Below the pieces are notes generated by a model that saw only the letters and a list, made by a program, of their open reading frames with translations, was not told where the DNA came from and ran no database searches. Of a stretch of 53,863 nt of DNA, positions 29,893 through 38,081 are shown piece after piece. The stretch is taken from positions 1 to 53,863 of the forward strand of contig JASJEG010000004.1 in the NCBI GenBank assembly GCA_030064765.1. Reading direction: 5' to 3'. The stretch's first letter is position 1; every line of letters begins with the position of its first letter. Both the position numbers and the translations under genes were made by a program. Source of the DNA: Acidimicrobiia bacterium. GTDB taxonomy: Bacteria > Actinomycetota > Acidimicrobiia > Spongiisociales > UBA5794.

Positions 29893-31174
29893 CACCACCC
29901 CCAATCAATTGACAGTAGAAGCCGAGACCGTTGAGGACGCCCTAGCGGAGATCTCGATGGAGCTCGGCGAGAACGCAGAGATCATGCGTGCCCAGAAGGT
30001 GCATCGCGGTGGTGTCGGTGGCTTCTTCGCCAAGGAGATGGTCCAACTGACCGCTCGCCGCCGCCGCGGCGAGCCGGTACCTCTTCATCGCCCGATCGAG
30101 GGTGGAGGTATTGCCGACGTGCTGGAGCGGATGGCGCAGGATGCCGACGCCGAAGACTCCGACTTCCGCACCGTGCTCACACGGGAGCTGGCAGCCGGGC
30201 CGGATGACACCAGTGGCGACGGCTTTGCAGCAGCAGTCGGCTGGGAAGAGACGGTTGATCCTGCCGATGAGCCCATGTCGGTCGAGGGCCCGGCGAACAG
30301 CGACGCAACTGCCGCCGTCGATTCCGGCGAACAGACCCTGGAGCCGGTCGTCGTAGGACCGGCGCTCCGCAGCAGTGATGCGGTGGCCGTAGTCGACGCC
30401 GGTAGCCCCGCTGCTCCTCCTCTTGATGTGGTCGAGCCCGAGTGTGGCGATGTCGCAACTGCCGAGCCGATCCCGATCGAAGCGATCAGTGCGGCAGCTG
30501 AGCTGAATTGGGAACAGGTCGAACCGGCGGCCACCGTTGATCAGACCGCCTCGGCCGAATCGGCCGCTGCAGAGGAAGTGGGCGATGAGCCCGAACCCAA
30601 AGAGGTAGTTGACGCACCTCCCGGCATGGGCCCGGTGGATTGGAGCACAACTGCACTGCTCCGCCTCGGCCTGCCCGGGCCGGTGATCAGCGCCGTCACC
30701 GGGCTCGATGAGAGCAACGATCTGAGCTGGATCGAAAGAATCGCCGCAACGGTTGCTCCGCATTGCGGTCCACTTCCGAGCGGCGATGTGATCGTTGTCG
30801 GTCCCCATGCCGAGCGGCTCGCCGAGCCACTCGGTCTCCCTCTGGTGAGGGCCGGGGACATGGCTCCTTACGACGGTTCCTTCTGCGCCATGGTCGAGGA
30901 CAGTGCCGAAGACAGGAAGTGGCTCGAATTCGTCAGGGGTGGTCGCGGAATCCACCTGGTCGTTGGCGATGAGCCGTGGCAGGACCTTCTCATCGACGAG
31001 CCCGTTGCGGTCTCCTGGGTGGGCGAGAGCGCAGTCTCGGCTGCTCTCTACCTCGCATTCACCTTGGGAGCGACTCTCGGGTTCGGCACGGTAGACGGAT
31101 TTGTCTCCACGATGGTGCGAGCTCAGCCGACTGATATTGCGCTGGCGATTCGCCGGATTGTGGGGCGGCAATGA
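29885..31174 (+). CDS. FlhF-like protein with degenerate GTPase domain
   Basis: Follows flhA; N-terminus EAETVEDALAEISMELGENAEIMRAQKVHRGGVGGFF resembles FlhF; acidic linker; VIVVGP without GxGKT. Confidence 0.6.
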   Translation: MLDTTPNQLTVEAETVEDALAEISMELGENAEIMRAQKVHRGGVGGFFAKEMVQLTARRRRGEPVPLHRPIEGGGIADVLERMAQDADAEDSDFRTVLTRELAAGPDDTSGDGFAAAVGWEETVDPADEPMSVEGPANSDATAAVDSGEQTLEPVVVGPALRSSDAVAVVDAGSPAAPPLDVVEPECGDVATAEPIPIEAISAAAELNWEQVEPAATVDQTASAESAAAEEVGDEPEPKEVVDAPPGMGPVDWSTTALLRLGLPGPVISAVTGLDESNDLSWIERIAATVAPHCGPLPSGDVIVVGPHAERLAEPLGLPLVRAGDMAPYDGSFCAMVEDSAEDRKWLEFVRGGRGIHLVVGDEPWQDLLIDEPVAVSWVGESAVSAALYLAFTLGATLGFGTVDGFVSTMVRAQPTDIALAIRRIVGRQ

Positions 31175-31416
31175 GCGGTAATCCCATCAACCGGCTGGCC
31201 GCGCTTCTCGGGTTGGTGGCCGTCGGCCTCATTGCATACGGCGTTGTGACCGGTTCCCTCGAGTTGGTCGAGGCAGCGAAACGGGCCGGACTGACCCTAT
31301 TTGCGGTGATTGTGGTCCGCGCGATCGGCAGGGTCGGTTTGTCCGCACTCGCCGGCTCCATGGAGCGAGCCTCCATCGCAGAGCAGCCGCGGCGCCGGGC
31401 AACTGATCAGGTCTAA
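31171..31416 (+). CDS. Small two-TM membrane protein
   Basis: ATGA overlap with previous gene; two hydrophobic segments; C-terminal RRRATD. Confidence 0.7.
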   Translation: MSGNPINRLAALLGLVAVGLIAYGVVTGSLELVEAAKRAGLTLFAVIVVRAIGRVGLSALAGSMERASIAEQPRRRATDQV

Positions 31417-31419
31417 CCA

Positions 31420-31634
31420 TTCGACAGGTGAGGTGCCGGGGGTCATGGTGCTCGACAACGGCGGTGAGATGCGAGTCTCCAATCGCCCCGGCTCCTCGAT
31501 CCGCTGCCTGGAACAGCCTGCATCCTCGCTCGCAGTGACAGGAGCCACCGCGGGGCAGCAGTCTGTACGGCCAACGGGTCCTGTCGGGAAGTACCTCCTT
31601 GTACCTCGCAGCCCGCATCCTTGCGGACGGACAA
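31420..31634 (-). ncRNA. Candidate CsrA-sequestering small RNA (flagellin-leader mimic)
   Basis: Follows a sigma-28-type promoter; AAGGAT and AAGGAG hexaloop hairpins; TACAAGGAGGTACTT identical to fliC leader; seven GGA; no start codon after the SD-like site; ends approximate. Confidence 0.6.
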
Positions 31635-31640
31635 TCACAC

Positions 31641-31668
31641 CTGTCGACCAGTTCCGGGAGGGTCTAAG
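31641..31668 (-). promoter_or_regulatory. Sigma-28-type promoter for candidate sRNA
   Basis: CTTA-N16-GTCGACAG, divergent from promoter at 31694. Confidence 0.55.
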
Positions 31669-31693
31669 CATCCGGGACCGGACTCGCTCACCG

Positions 31694-31721
31694 CTTATTC
31701 GCTACACATCCCTGCCGACAG
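31694..31721 (+). promoter_or_regulatory. Sigma-28-type promoter for FlgN-like gene
   Basis: CTTA-N16-GCCGACAG. Confidence 0.65.
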
Positions 31722-31758
31722 ATAGGAAAGCCGCAGCCAACCGCGTGCGGAGCAAATC

Positions 31759-32283
31759 ATGACAACCTCAACGAAGCTTCTCATCAATGAGCGGTACATC
31801 GCCCTCGTGGGCGTGCTCAATCGCGAGTTGGTGATCCTGGAACGGTTGGTCTTCAAGCTCACCCAGGCCGAAATGCTGACCCGGGCCGGCGAATCCCGGT
31901 TCCTGGCGAACATCTTCGACGAGATCGACTCAGTCCGTGATGATCTTGGCGCGCTCGAGGTAGCCCGCTCCATGTTGGTCGGTGATGTGACTGCGGCGCT
32001 TGGGCTGGCCAACGACACGCTCACTCTCAGCCAGCTGATTGCGTACGCTCCCGACCTGGCGGTTGAACCGCTCGAAGGCCTGCTGCGGCGAATGGCCGAG
32101 GCCATGGAAGAGGTTGCGGAGCTCAAGGAGATGGGCTCCCGGGCCGTCATGGAGCGCCTCGATCAGATCGAAAGGGCGATGGACCGGGTAGAGCCGGGTG
32201 TGTTCGGACAGGCGGGCTACGACCAGGGTGGGTTTGTCACCGCACCGGTGACGACGTCGTCTCGCTTCGACCTCAACGTCTGA
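31759..32283 (+). CDS. FlgN-like flagellar chaperone (second paralog)
   Basis: LNRELVILERLVFKL....L.....RFL aligns with LWYERRLLEYLLFKL...RRFV of 35288-35788; C-terminal GYDQGG. Confidence 0.7.
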   Translation: MTTSTKLLINERYIALVGVLNRELVILERLVFKLTQAEMLTRAGESRFLANIFDEIDSVRDDLGALEVARSMLVGDVTAALGLANDTLTLSQLIAYAPDLAVEPLEGLLRRMAEAMEEVAELKEMGSRAVMERLDQIERAMDRVEPGVFGQAGYDQGGFVTAPVTTSSRFDLNV

Positions 32284-32290
32284 TCGCCGA

Positions 32291-32524
32291 TTAGCCGGGA
32301 TCCTTGGGTGCGTCCTGAACGGCTTCGCGGATCTTCTCGACATTGGCGATTGCCGACAGGTTCTCTTGCCGGACCTGCTCGTAGATTTCCTCGCGGTAGA
32401 CCTCGACGCTGCGCGGAGCGTCGATCCCGATCCGCACCTGTCCACCCTTTATCTCGATAACGGTGATGACGATGTCTTCACCGACGACAATGGATTCTCC
32501 GGGCCTTCTGGTGAGTACAAGCAT
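32291..32524 (-). CDS. csrA: Carbon storage regulator CsrA
   Basis: [15 protein letters not shown]...[19 protein letters not shown] plus C-terminal helical extension typical of FliW-binding CsrA. Confidence 0.97.
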   Translation of the reverse strand: MLVLTRRPGESIVVGEDIVITVIEIKGGQVRIGIDAPRSVEVYREEIYEQVRQENLSAIANVEKIREAVQDAPKDPG

Positions 32525-32958
32525 CAGGCCCCCGGCAATTCGATCGGCGTACGGGTTGAGTAGTCGGTGCCGGTGAGCACGAGCTGACGGCCCTTGCGGG
32601 TCTTGACGTTGACGACAAACGGGCCGAGCAGGTTCAGGAATATCTCCCGGGTTTCGCTGTCGATCGTGACCGGAACAAACAAGATCGCATCATCGGCCGT
32701 TTCCAGCTCCAACTCCGCTTGCTCCACATCGGACAGGACCGGCGCATAGTCGGGGAAGAACAGCCAGGGCACGCACACGATCATCGAGATATCGATGTTG
32801 TCGAGGCTCTGCAACTGCTGGAAGGCCCCGTCCTCCCGGAGTTCGACGATCACGAATCGTTCGAGATCGGGAAGGCCGGGAAGGCCGTCCGGGAAGTGGA
32901 GTGCCTTCTCGAAGAGGTCGCTCGCCTCGGCGGCGTCGGCGCTGGATTGCTCGGTCAT
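32524..32958 (-). CDS. fliW: Flagellar assembly factor FliW
   Basis: [29 protein letters not shown]...GRQLVL; adjacent to csrA. Confidence 0.95.
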   Translation of the reverse strand: MTEQSSADAAEASDLFEKALHFPDGLPGLPDLERFVIVELREDGAFQQLQSLDNIDISMIVCVPWLFFPDYAPVLSDVEQAELELETADDAILFVPVTIDSETREIFLNLLGPFVVNVKTRKGRQLVLTGTDYSTRTPIELPGA

Positions 32959-33033
32959 CGCTCACAGCCTAATCCAGTACGACAGCGCCCTCGTGTCAGA
33001 TACATACGTCGGGGACCACGGAAGAGGAGGCGA

Positions 33034-33918
33034 TTAGCGCAGGAAGTCGACGAGCGAGGTCTGCGCTGATCTGGAGAAGGCAGCGAGAGCCGCCTCGTAA
33101 GCGGTCTGCTGCAGCTCGAGTTCCATGACCGCTTCGGCGATGTCGACATCCTCGAGCGTGGCTAGTTGCTCAGTGATCGTTTGGATCTCGTTGGCCGTCC
33201 GCAGCGATGCGGATTCGAGTTGGTTGGTCTTGGCCCCGACGATGCCGAGCCCGCCGAGCACCGTCTGCAGGCTGGTGTCAAGACCGCCGATCCCGGACTC
33301 GATCCCTGCGGTGTCGTCCGCATAGAGGGCAGCTTCGAGATCGTCGAGAACCGTGAAGATGTCGTTGCCGCTGGAGAAGCCGAAAGCGACGTCACCGGTA
33401 ACGTTGATGGTTACGACCTCGTTCTCGCCAACACGACGGTTGATCTGGCCGGAATCGCCGGTGTAGGTCCACACTCCGCCGACCTTCTCGACCGCATCGC
33501 TCGAGCTGAAGCCGGAGAACAGGCCCCGTCCCTGGTGCTGGGCGTTGGCCTGGGCAACGATGCTGTCTCGCAGGTGGCCGATCTCGAGGGCGATTGCCTC
33601 GCGCTCCTCGGGACCGACGTAGGTCGCACCGCGGACCGCCAGTTCGCGGGCTCGTTGGATCTGAGTCACGACATCCTGCAGCTTGGTGTCGGCGAGATCC
33701 AGCCACATCTGGCCGTCCGCCGCATTGCGGCCCTCTTGCTCGCGGGCGCTGAGTGTGGCGCGGAGCTGGAGAGCCCGGTTCATTCCAATGGGGTCGTCCG
33801 AAGGCCGGGTCATCTGCCTGCCGGTAGAGAGCCGTTCTTGCGTGGCCGAGTACTCGGACAGACGGGTCGTCAGCCGGTTGAGTGCTGCATGGTGGGCGCC
33901 GAGGTGAGTGACTCTCAT
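33034..33918 (-). CDS. flgL: Hook-associated protein 3 FlgL
   Basis: LSTGRQMTRPSDDP, DVDIAEAVMEL..Q..AYEAAL, SLVDFLR. Confidence 0.95.
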   Translation of the reverse strand: MRVTHLGAHHAALNRLTTRLSEYSATQERLSTGRQMTRPSDDPIGMNRALQLRATLSAREQEGRNAADGQMWLDLADTKLQDVVTQIQRARELAVRGATYVGPEEREAIALEIGHLRDSIVAQANAQHQGRGLFSGFSSSDAVEKVGGVWTYTGDSGQINRRVGENEVVTINVTGDVAFGFSSGNDIFTVLDDLEAALYADDTAGIESGIGGLDTSLQTVLGGLGIVGAKTNQLESASLRTANEIQTITEQLATLEDVDIAEAVMELELQQTAYEAALAAFSRSAQTSLVDFLR

Positions 33919-33920
33919 GA

Positions 33921-35288
33921 CTACCTACCCACAAGCCCGGTTCGGTTGATGAGCGTGTCGAGGCTCTCATCGACGGCGGTCATGACGCGAGCTGCGGCTT
34001 CGTATGCCCGCTGGTATGTGATGAGGTTGACCATCTCCTCATCGATCGAAACCCCGTGTGCCTGCATGCGTGCGCTCTCGGCGGCTGAGGTGAGGGCGGC
34101 CTGGCTGCGGGCACCGGAGATCGCGGAGGCGGTCATTTCGCCAACGAACGAGACGATGTTGCGCATCGCATCGTCGACGGTGAGGGTCCCGCCGTCTGCG
34201 ACCAGGCTGTCACGCAATGCCGAGAGGGCTTCGGCGTTCATCCCGTCGAACTCGGCCACGGGCGGCCCCGAGCCGGCAGCGGCGATCTCGGAATGGTGGC
34301 TCACTGCAACCACGAGCGAGGCCGCTTCGGCGCCGACCGTGTAGGACAGGAGGTCGCCTCCGGCTGAACCATCGGGGGCATAGCCGGTGGCGTGCTGGGC
34401 ATTGAGGGCATCGGCCAGTTCCCGGGCGAAGGTATTGAGAGCGGCCTCGAAGCCGGGCAGTTCGGTCTGCAGGTAACTCTGGAATCCGGAGAGCTCACCG
34501 CCGACGGTGACCGTTGCCCCCGAGGAGTGAGAAATCGCAAAGGTCGCCGGGTCGTAGGAGAGCGGGCTGACCATCGTGTCGGAAACCAGCGACAGGCCAT
34601 CGAGGCTGACCCGGGCTGCTCCGTTGTCCATGATCGTGACGGTTACGCCCGCGATGTTGGACAGGTCGTCCATTATCAGGTCCCGCTGATCCAGCAGATC
34701 GTTCGGCTCGCCGGGCAGCGAAGTGGCATCGAGGATCTGCCGATTGAGCTGAGCGATCTCGTGCAGCATGGCGTTGGTACGGTCGACGTACGCCTCGAGC
34801 GAGTTCGATGCACTCTGGCGTTCGATGTCCCACTTCTCGGCGACGCCGCGCACGTTGGTGGCCAGCTGGCCGAGCGTGGTGATCACGTGCTGCCGGGCCG
34901 AGGCGTTGGGAGGATCGAGTGTCAGTTCGTCAAAAGCGGTCCACAGGTTGGCCAAGCTCGAGGTGACCCCGGTGTCGGGCTCGCCCATCACCGACTCGGT
35001 CTTCGCCAGCAGGTCGGCAAGAACGTCGAGACGGCCCTGGGCGCTGGCGGAACGACGCACCTGGGTATCGAGACCATCGATCCGCACCCTGGAAATGTTG
35101 GCGATGTCGACCCCCTGGCCGACGGTGCCGAAGCGATGGTGGTAGGGGAGGCGGGTAGCGAGGTCGACCCGCTGCCGGCTGTATCCGGGGGTCGAGGCAT
35201 TGGCGACGTTGTGGGATGAGGTATTGATGCCGGCCTGAGCAGCGGTCAGCCCGCTGAATGCCGTGTAGAGGGAGATGAAGTCGCTCAT
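33921..35288 (-). CDS. flgK: Hook-associated protein 1 FlgK
   Basis: SHNVANASTPGYSRQRV, NDLLDQRD, GVSIDEEMVNLITYQRAYEAAARV. Confidence 0.96.
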   Translation of the reverse strand: MSDFISLYTAFSGLTAAQAGINTSSHNVANASTPGYSRQRVDLATRLPYHHRFGTVGQGVDIANISRVRIDGLDTQVRRSASAQGRLDVLADLLAKTESVMGEPDTGVTSSLANLWTAFDELTLDPPNASARQHVITTLGQLATNVRGVAEKWDIERQSASNSLEAYVDRTNAMLHEIAQLNRQILDATSLPGEPNDLLDQRDLIMDDLSNIAGVTVTIMDNGAARVSLDGLSLVSDTMVSPLSYDPATFAISHSSGATVTVGGELSGFQSYLQTELPGFEAALNTFARELADALNAQHATGYAPDGSAGGDLLSYTVGAEAASLVVAVSHHSEIAAAGSGPPVAEFDGMNAEALSALRDSLVADGGTLTVDDAMRNIVSFVGEMTASAISGARSQAALTSAAESARMQAHGVSIDEEMVNLITYQRAYEAAARVMTAVDESLDTLINRTGLVGR

Positions 35289-35788
35289 CAGATGATCCGA
35301 TTCACTCGTAGCGGCTGATCGGGTGTTCGGGTCGCCCGTCCGGCGGCGTCATAGATGTCGCCTCCGGCAAACCCGAGTGTCCCTTGGATACCGTCGAGGG
35401 CAACGGTTGCCAGGCGGCGGTTCTCCTTGGTGAGCACCTCGATCTCGTTGACCAGGCCCATGAATACCGCCTGGTGGTCTTCGAATGTGGGTCGCAGATG
35501 GTCCGGGGCGTTGTCGACGAGGAATCGCAGCCCGACCGACGCGGGGGGAACATTCCATTCCTGCGCTACGGCGGCGACGACTTCGCTTCGTTGATCCTCG
35601 GCTCTGCGGATCTCGGCCATGACTGCGTCGACCTCAGCGATGGCCGGGCCGACAAAGCGGCGATCATCGGCAATCAGCACGAGATTGGCCGACACGAGCT
35701 TGAACAGCAGGTACTCGAGCAGTCTGCGTTCGTACCAGAGCGTGTCGGCTAGCTGGCTCATAGGTGTAGATCCGGTTGCGGTAACCAT
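35288..35788 (-). CDS. flgN: Flagellar chaperone FlgN
   Basis: LADTLWYERRLLEYLLFKL actinobacterial FlgN pattern; directly upstream of flgK. Confidence 0.85.
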   Translation of the reverse strand: MVTATGSTPMSQLADTLWYERRLLEYLLFKLVSANLVLIADDRRFVGPAIAEVDAVMAEIRRAEDQRSEVVAAVAQEWNVPPASVGLRFLVDNAPDHLRPTFEDHQAVFMGLVNEIEVLTKENRRLATVALDGIQGTLGFAGGDIYDAAGRATRTPDQPLRVNRII

Positions 35789-35796
35789 TGGGTGTT

Positions 35797-35823
35797 CAGT
35801 CGGCCCGAGCACCGCTCGATTAA
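35797..35823 (-). promoter_or_regulatory. Sigma-28-type promoter, (near-)leaderless, for flgN-flgK-flgL
   Basis: TTAA-N15-GCCGACTG-N8-ATG. Confidence 0.75.
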
Positions 35824-35897
35824 GGCCCAGAACCGACATAAGTGAGCTCGGATAAATCGTGGCGCAAGCTGCCGGGGAGGGCGGGATTCGGATATGC

Positions 35898-35925
35898 TCA
35901 AGGGCAGCCGAGCAGGTGCCGAGTA
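35898..35925 (+). promoter_or_regulatory. Sigma-28-type promoter for degenerate GGDEF gene
   Basis: TCAA-N16-GCCGAGTA. Confidence 0.6.
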
Positions 35926-35978
35926 CTTCTCATATGGCCTTGCGGGCTGTGCCGTTTCGCCTATGAATCGGGGAAATC

Positions 35979-36599
35979 ATGAACTCAGGTGATGCCATCA
36001 AGGGAGAAAACGCCGAGGCGCGTATCGCTCATCTCGAGGCCCGCCTCGCCGAGGCGGAAGCCGACAACGGCGTACTCCGCCTCCAGCTCGACATGCTCAC
36101 CTCGACGGATATCGTCACCGGGCTCCCCAATAGCAATGGCATCGCCGCCCAGCTGCAGAAGGCGGCCGCTCGCTACTCGCGTTCCGGAGAGGCGTTCGCC
36201 CTGATGCACATCGGCTTTCCGGCCTTCGCCCGCATCGCAGAGGAACGAGGGCGGCACGCGCTCGAAGATGGCATGCGCCACGCCGGGTCCCTCGTCGGAG
36301 CCGCGGTGCGGCAACTAGACACGGTAGGTCGAATCGACGAAGAGGGCCTGGTCTGTGTCATGCCGATGATGTCTGATGACGGGGTAACGCCCGTGGTCAA
36401 CCGGGTCGAGCGGGTTCTCGAGTCAACTCCGATGCTGTTTGAGGACGATCAGGAGATCTACCTCGTCCCTGAGTTCACCATTGTGATCTGCAGCACTGCA
36501 GCCCGGGTTGATCCGCCGACCATCATGAACCGGCTTCTCGATGCCCGCGCCCAGGCGAAGCCCGGTGCCCCCGTGGTTCGTCACGCCAGCTCTTCCTAG
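35979..36599 (+). CDS. Coiled-coil plus degenerate GGDEF domain protein
   Basis: DIVTGLPN; RQLD I-site then TVGRI-DEEGL in place of GGDEF. Confidence 0.8.
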   Translation: MNSGDAIKGENAEARIAHLEARLAEAEADNGVLRLQLDMLTSTDIVTGLPNSNGIAAQLQKAAARYSRSGEAFALMHIGFPAFARIAEERGRHALEDGMRHAGSLVGAAVRQLDTVGRIDEEGLVCVMPMMSDDGVTPVVNRVERVLESTPMLFEDDQEIYLVPEFTIVICSTAARVDPPTIMNRLLDARAQAKPGAPVVRHASSS

Positions 36600-36626
36600 C
36601 TTCCCGACCGCCCCGTTGCGTTCTGC

Positions 36627-36653
36627 TTAATTCGACTCCCCGCCAGCCGACGG
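36627..36653 (+). promoter_or_regulatory. Sigma-28-type promoter for flgE
   Basis: TTAA-N15-GCCGACGG. Confidence 0.7.
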
Positions 36654-36768
36654 TGTCATCCGAGCGAGAGTTGTGACCGGCAATTGCGCTTGCATACGGA
36701 CGCCGCCCACGGATGTGGTGGCTCAGTCTTCTAGGGACGGAGTGACATCACGCTAGGGGTGATGAAAC

Positions 36769-37995
36769 ATGATGCGTTCGATGTTTGCCGGTGTATCCGG
36801 TCTTCGATCCCACCAAACGATGATGGATGTGGTGGGCAACAACATCGCCAACGTCAACACCGCAGGATTCAAGAGCGCCCAGATCACATTTGGTGAAGCG
36901 ATGGCGCAGACCTTGTCGGGCCCGTCCGGCGCAGGTGTCGAATCCGGTGGTACCAACCCTCTCCAGATCGGCCTCGGTGTGCAGGTCGCCTCTATCGATG
37001 GCGTCTTCACGCAGGGTGCGATCCAGATCACCGGCCGACCGACCGATATCGCCATTCAAGGCGACGGATTCTTCATTCTTGCGGACTCCAGCGGACGTGA
37101 GTACACCCGTGCCGGCACCTTCCGTTGGGACGAGTCGGGCAACCTGGTCGCCCCCGGTGGCCAGCTCGTTCAGGGCTGGCTGGCCGATCCGACCGGCGTC
37201 GTGCAGACCCAGACTTCGGTTCAGGGGATCAATCTCCCGCTGTCCCAGGTCATTCAGCCCGTGACCACGACCGAGGTCCAAGTAGGCGGGAACCTCTCCG
37301 CAGACGCGGCAGTTGGCGACGTCCACAGCACTTCGATCGTTGTTTACGACTCGCTCGGTGAGCCGCAGGAGCTGCTCGTCGACTTTGAGAAGACAGCGGC
37401 CAACACCTGGGACGTGTCGGCTTCCATGAACGGCTCGGCGCTCACGCTCAGCTCGAGCTCCGTGACCTTCGACACTGCGGGCGCCCTGACCAGCGCAGGA
37501 ACCTTGACGGTGAGCGGATACACGCCTCCCGGCGCTGCTGCGCTGAACTTCGACCTGGACCTCGCCACCGGTTCGCCGCTGGTGCAGTTCGGGGGCAGCT
37601 CCAGCGCAGAGAGCATGGATCAAGACGGCAACGCAATCGGGTTCCTGACCGACTTCTCGATTGCCGCCAACGGCACGATCAGTGGCCAGTTCTCCAACGG
37701 TGAGACCAAGGTGCTGGCGATGATCGCTACGGCAACGTTCAACAACCCGTCCGGTCTCATCCGGGCAGGCGAGACTCGTTTTGAGGCCTCGGTCAACTCC
37801 GGCCAGCCGCTGGTCGGTGAGCCGGGCAACGGCAACCGGGGCATGCTTGCCTCCGGCGCACTCGAGATGAGCAACGTTGACCTGGCTCAGGAGTTCACCA
37901 ATCTGATCATTGCCCAGCGTGGCTTCCAGGCCAACAGCCGGGTGATCACGGCCTCCGACGAAGTCCTGGCCGATCTGGTGAACCTGAAGCGTTAG
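36769..37995 (+). CDS. flgE: Flagellar hook protein FlgE
   Basis: MRSMFAGVSGL..HQT.MDVVGNNIANVNTAGFK; LEMSNVDLAQEFTNLIIAQRGFQANSR. Confidence 0.96.
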   Translation: MMRSMFAGVSGLRSHQTMMDVVGNNIANVNTAGFKSAQITFGEAMAQTLSGPSGAGVESGGTNPLQIGLGVQVASIDGVFTQGAIQITGRPTDIAIQGDGFFILADSSGREYTRAGTFRWDESGNLVAPGGQLVQGWLADPTGVVQTQTSVQGINLPLSQVIQPVTTTEVQVGGNLSADAAVGDVHSTSIVVYDSLGEPQELLVDFEKTAANTWDVSASMNGSALTLSSSSVTFDTAGALTSAGTLTVSGYTPPGAAALNFDLDLATGSPLVQFGGSSSAESMDQDGNAIGFLTDFSIAANGTISGQFSNGETKVLAMIATATFNNPSGLIRAGETRFEASVNSGQPLVGEPGNGNRGMLASGALEMSNVDLAQEFTNLIIAQRGFQANSRVITASDEVLADLVNLKR

Positions 37996-38008
37996 TAGTT
38001 GACCAACC

Positions 38009-38067
38009 GGGGGCTGCCAGCACGGCCCCCGAGAGGACATCGGGGGCTCCGCCGTGACGGAGCCCCC
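38009..38067 (+). terminator. Twin GC-rich hairpins after flgE
   Basis: CGGGGGCTG...CGGCCCCCG and GGGGGCTCCG-N6-CGGAGCCCCC. Confidence 0.6.
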
Positions 38068-38081
38068 ACCAGGGTTGGCCG

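Noticed and set aside
31443-31634. 63-aa minus-strand ORF as the product of the 31641 promoter
   Set aside because: TTG start without SD, no recognisable protein features, and the strong SD-like site lies inside it. Disfavoured but not formally excluded.
31421-31647. MITE defined by 10-bp inverted repeat TCGACAGGTG/CACCTGTCGA
   Set aside because: No target-site duplication directly flanking and no second copy. The right arm coincides with the promoter -10, so promoter or RNA structure explains it at least as well.
31640-31740. c-di-GMP-I riboswitch suggested by GGGTCTAAG and GGAAAG
   Set aside because: The required upstream GGCAAAC...GAAA...GACGCAAA arrangement is absent.
31759-32283. RsiG-type anti-sigma factor
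   Set aside because: No ExxxSxxRxxxQxxxD motif; similarity to the FlgN at 35288-35788 is clearer.
33006-33037. Internal sigma-28 promoter for fliW-csrA
   Set aside because: CCCGACGT is 20 nt from the nearest CTAA, outside the 15-16 nt spacing of the other sites.
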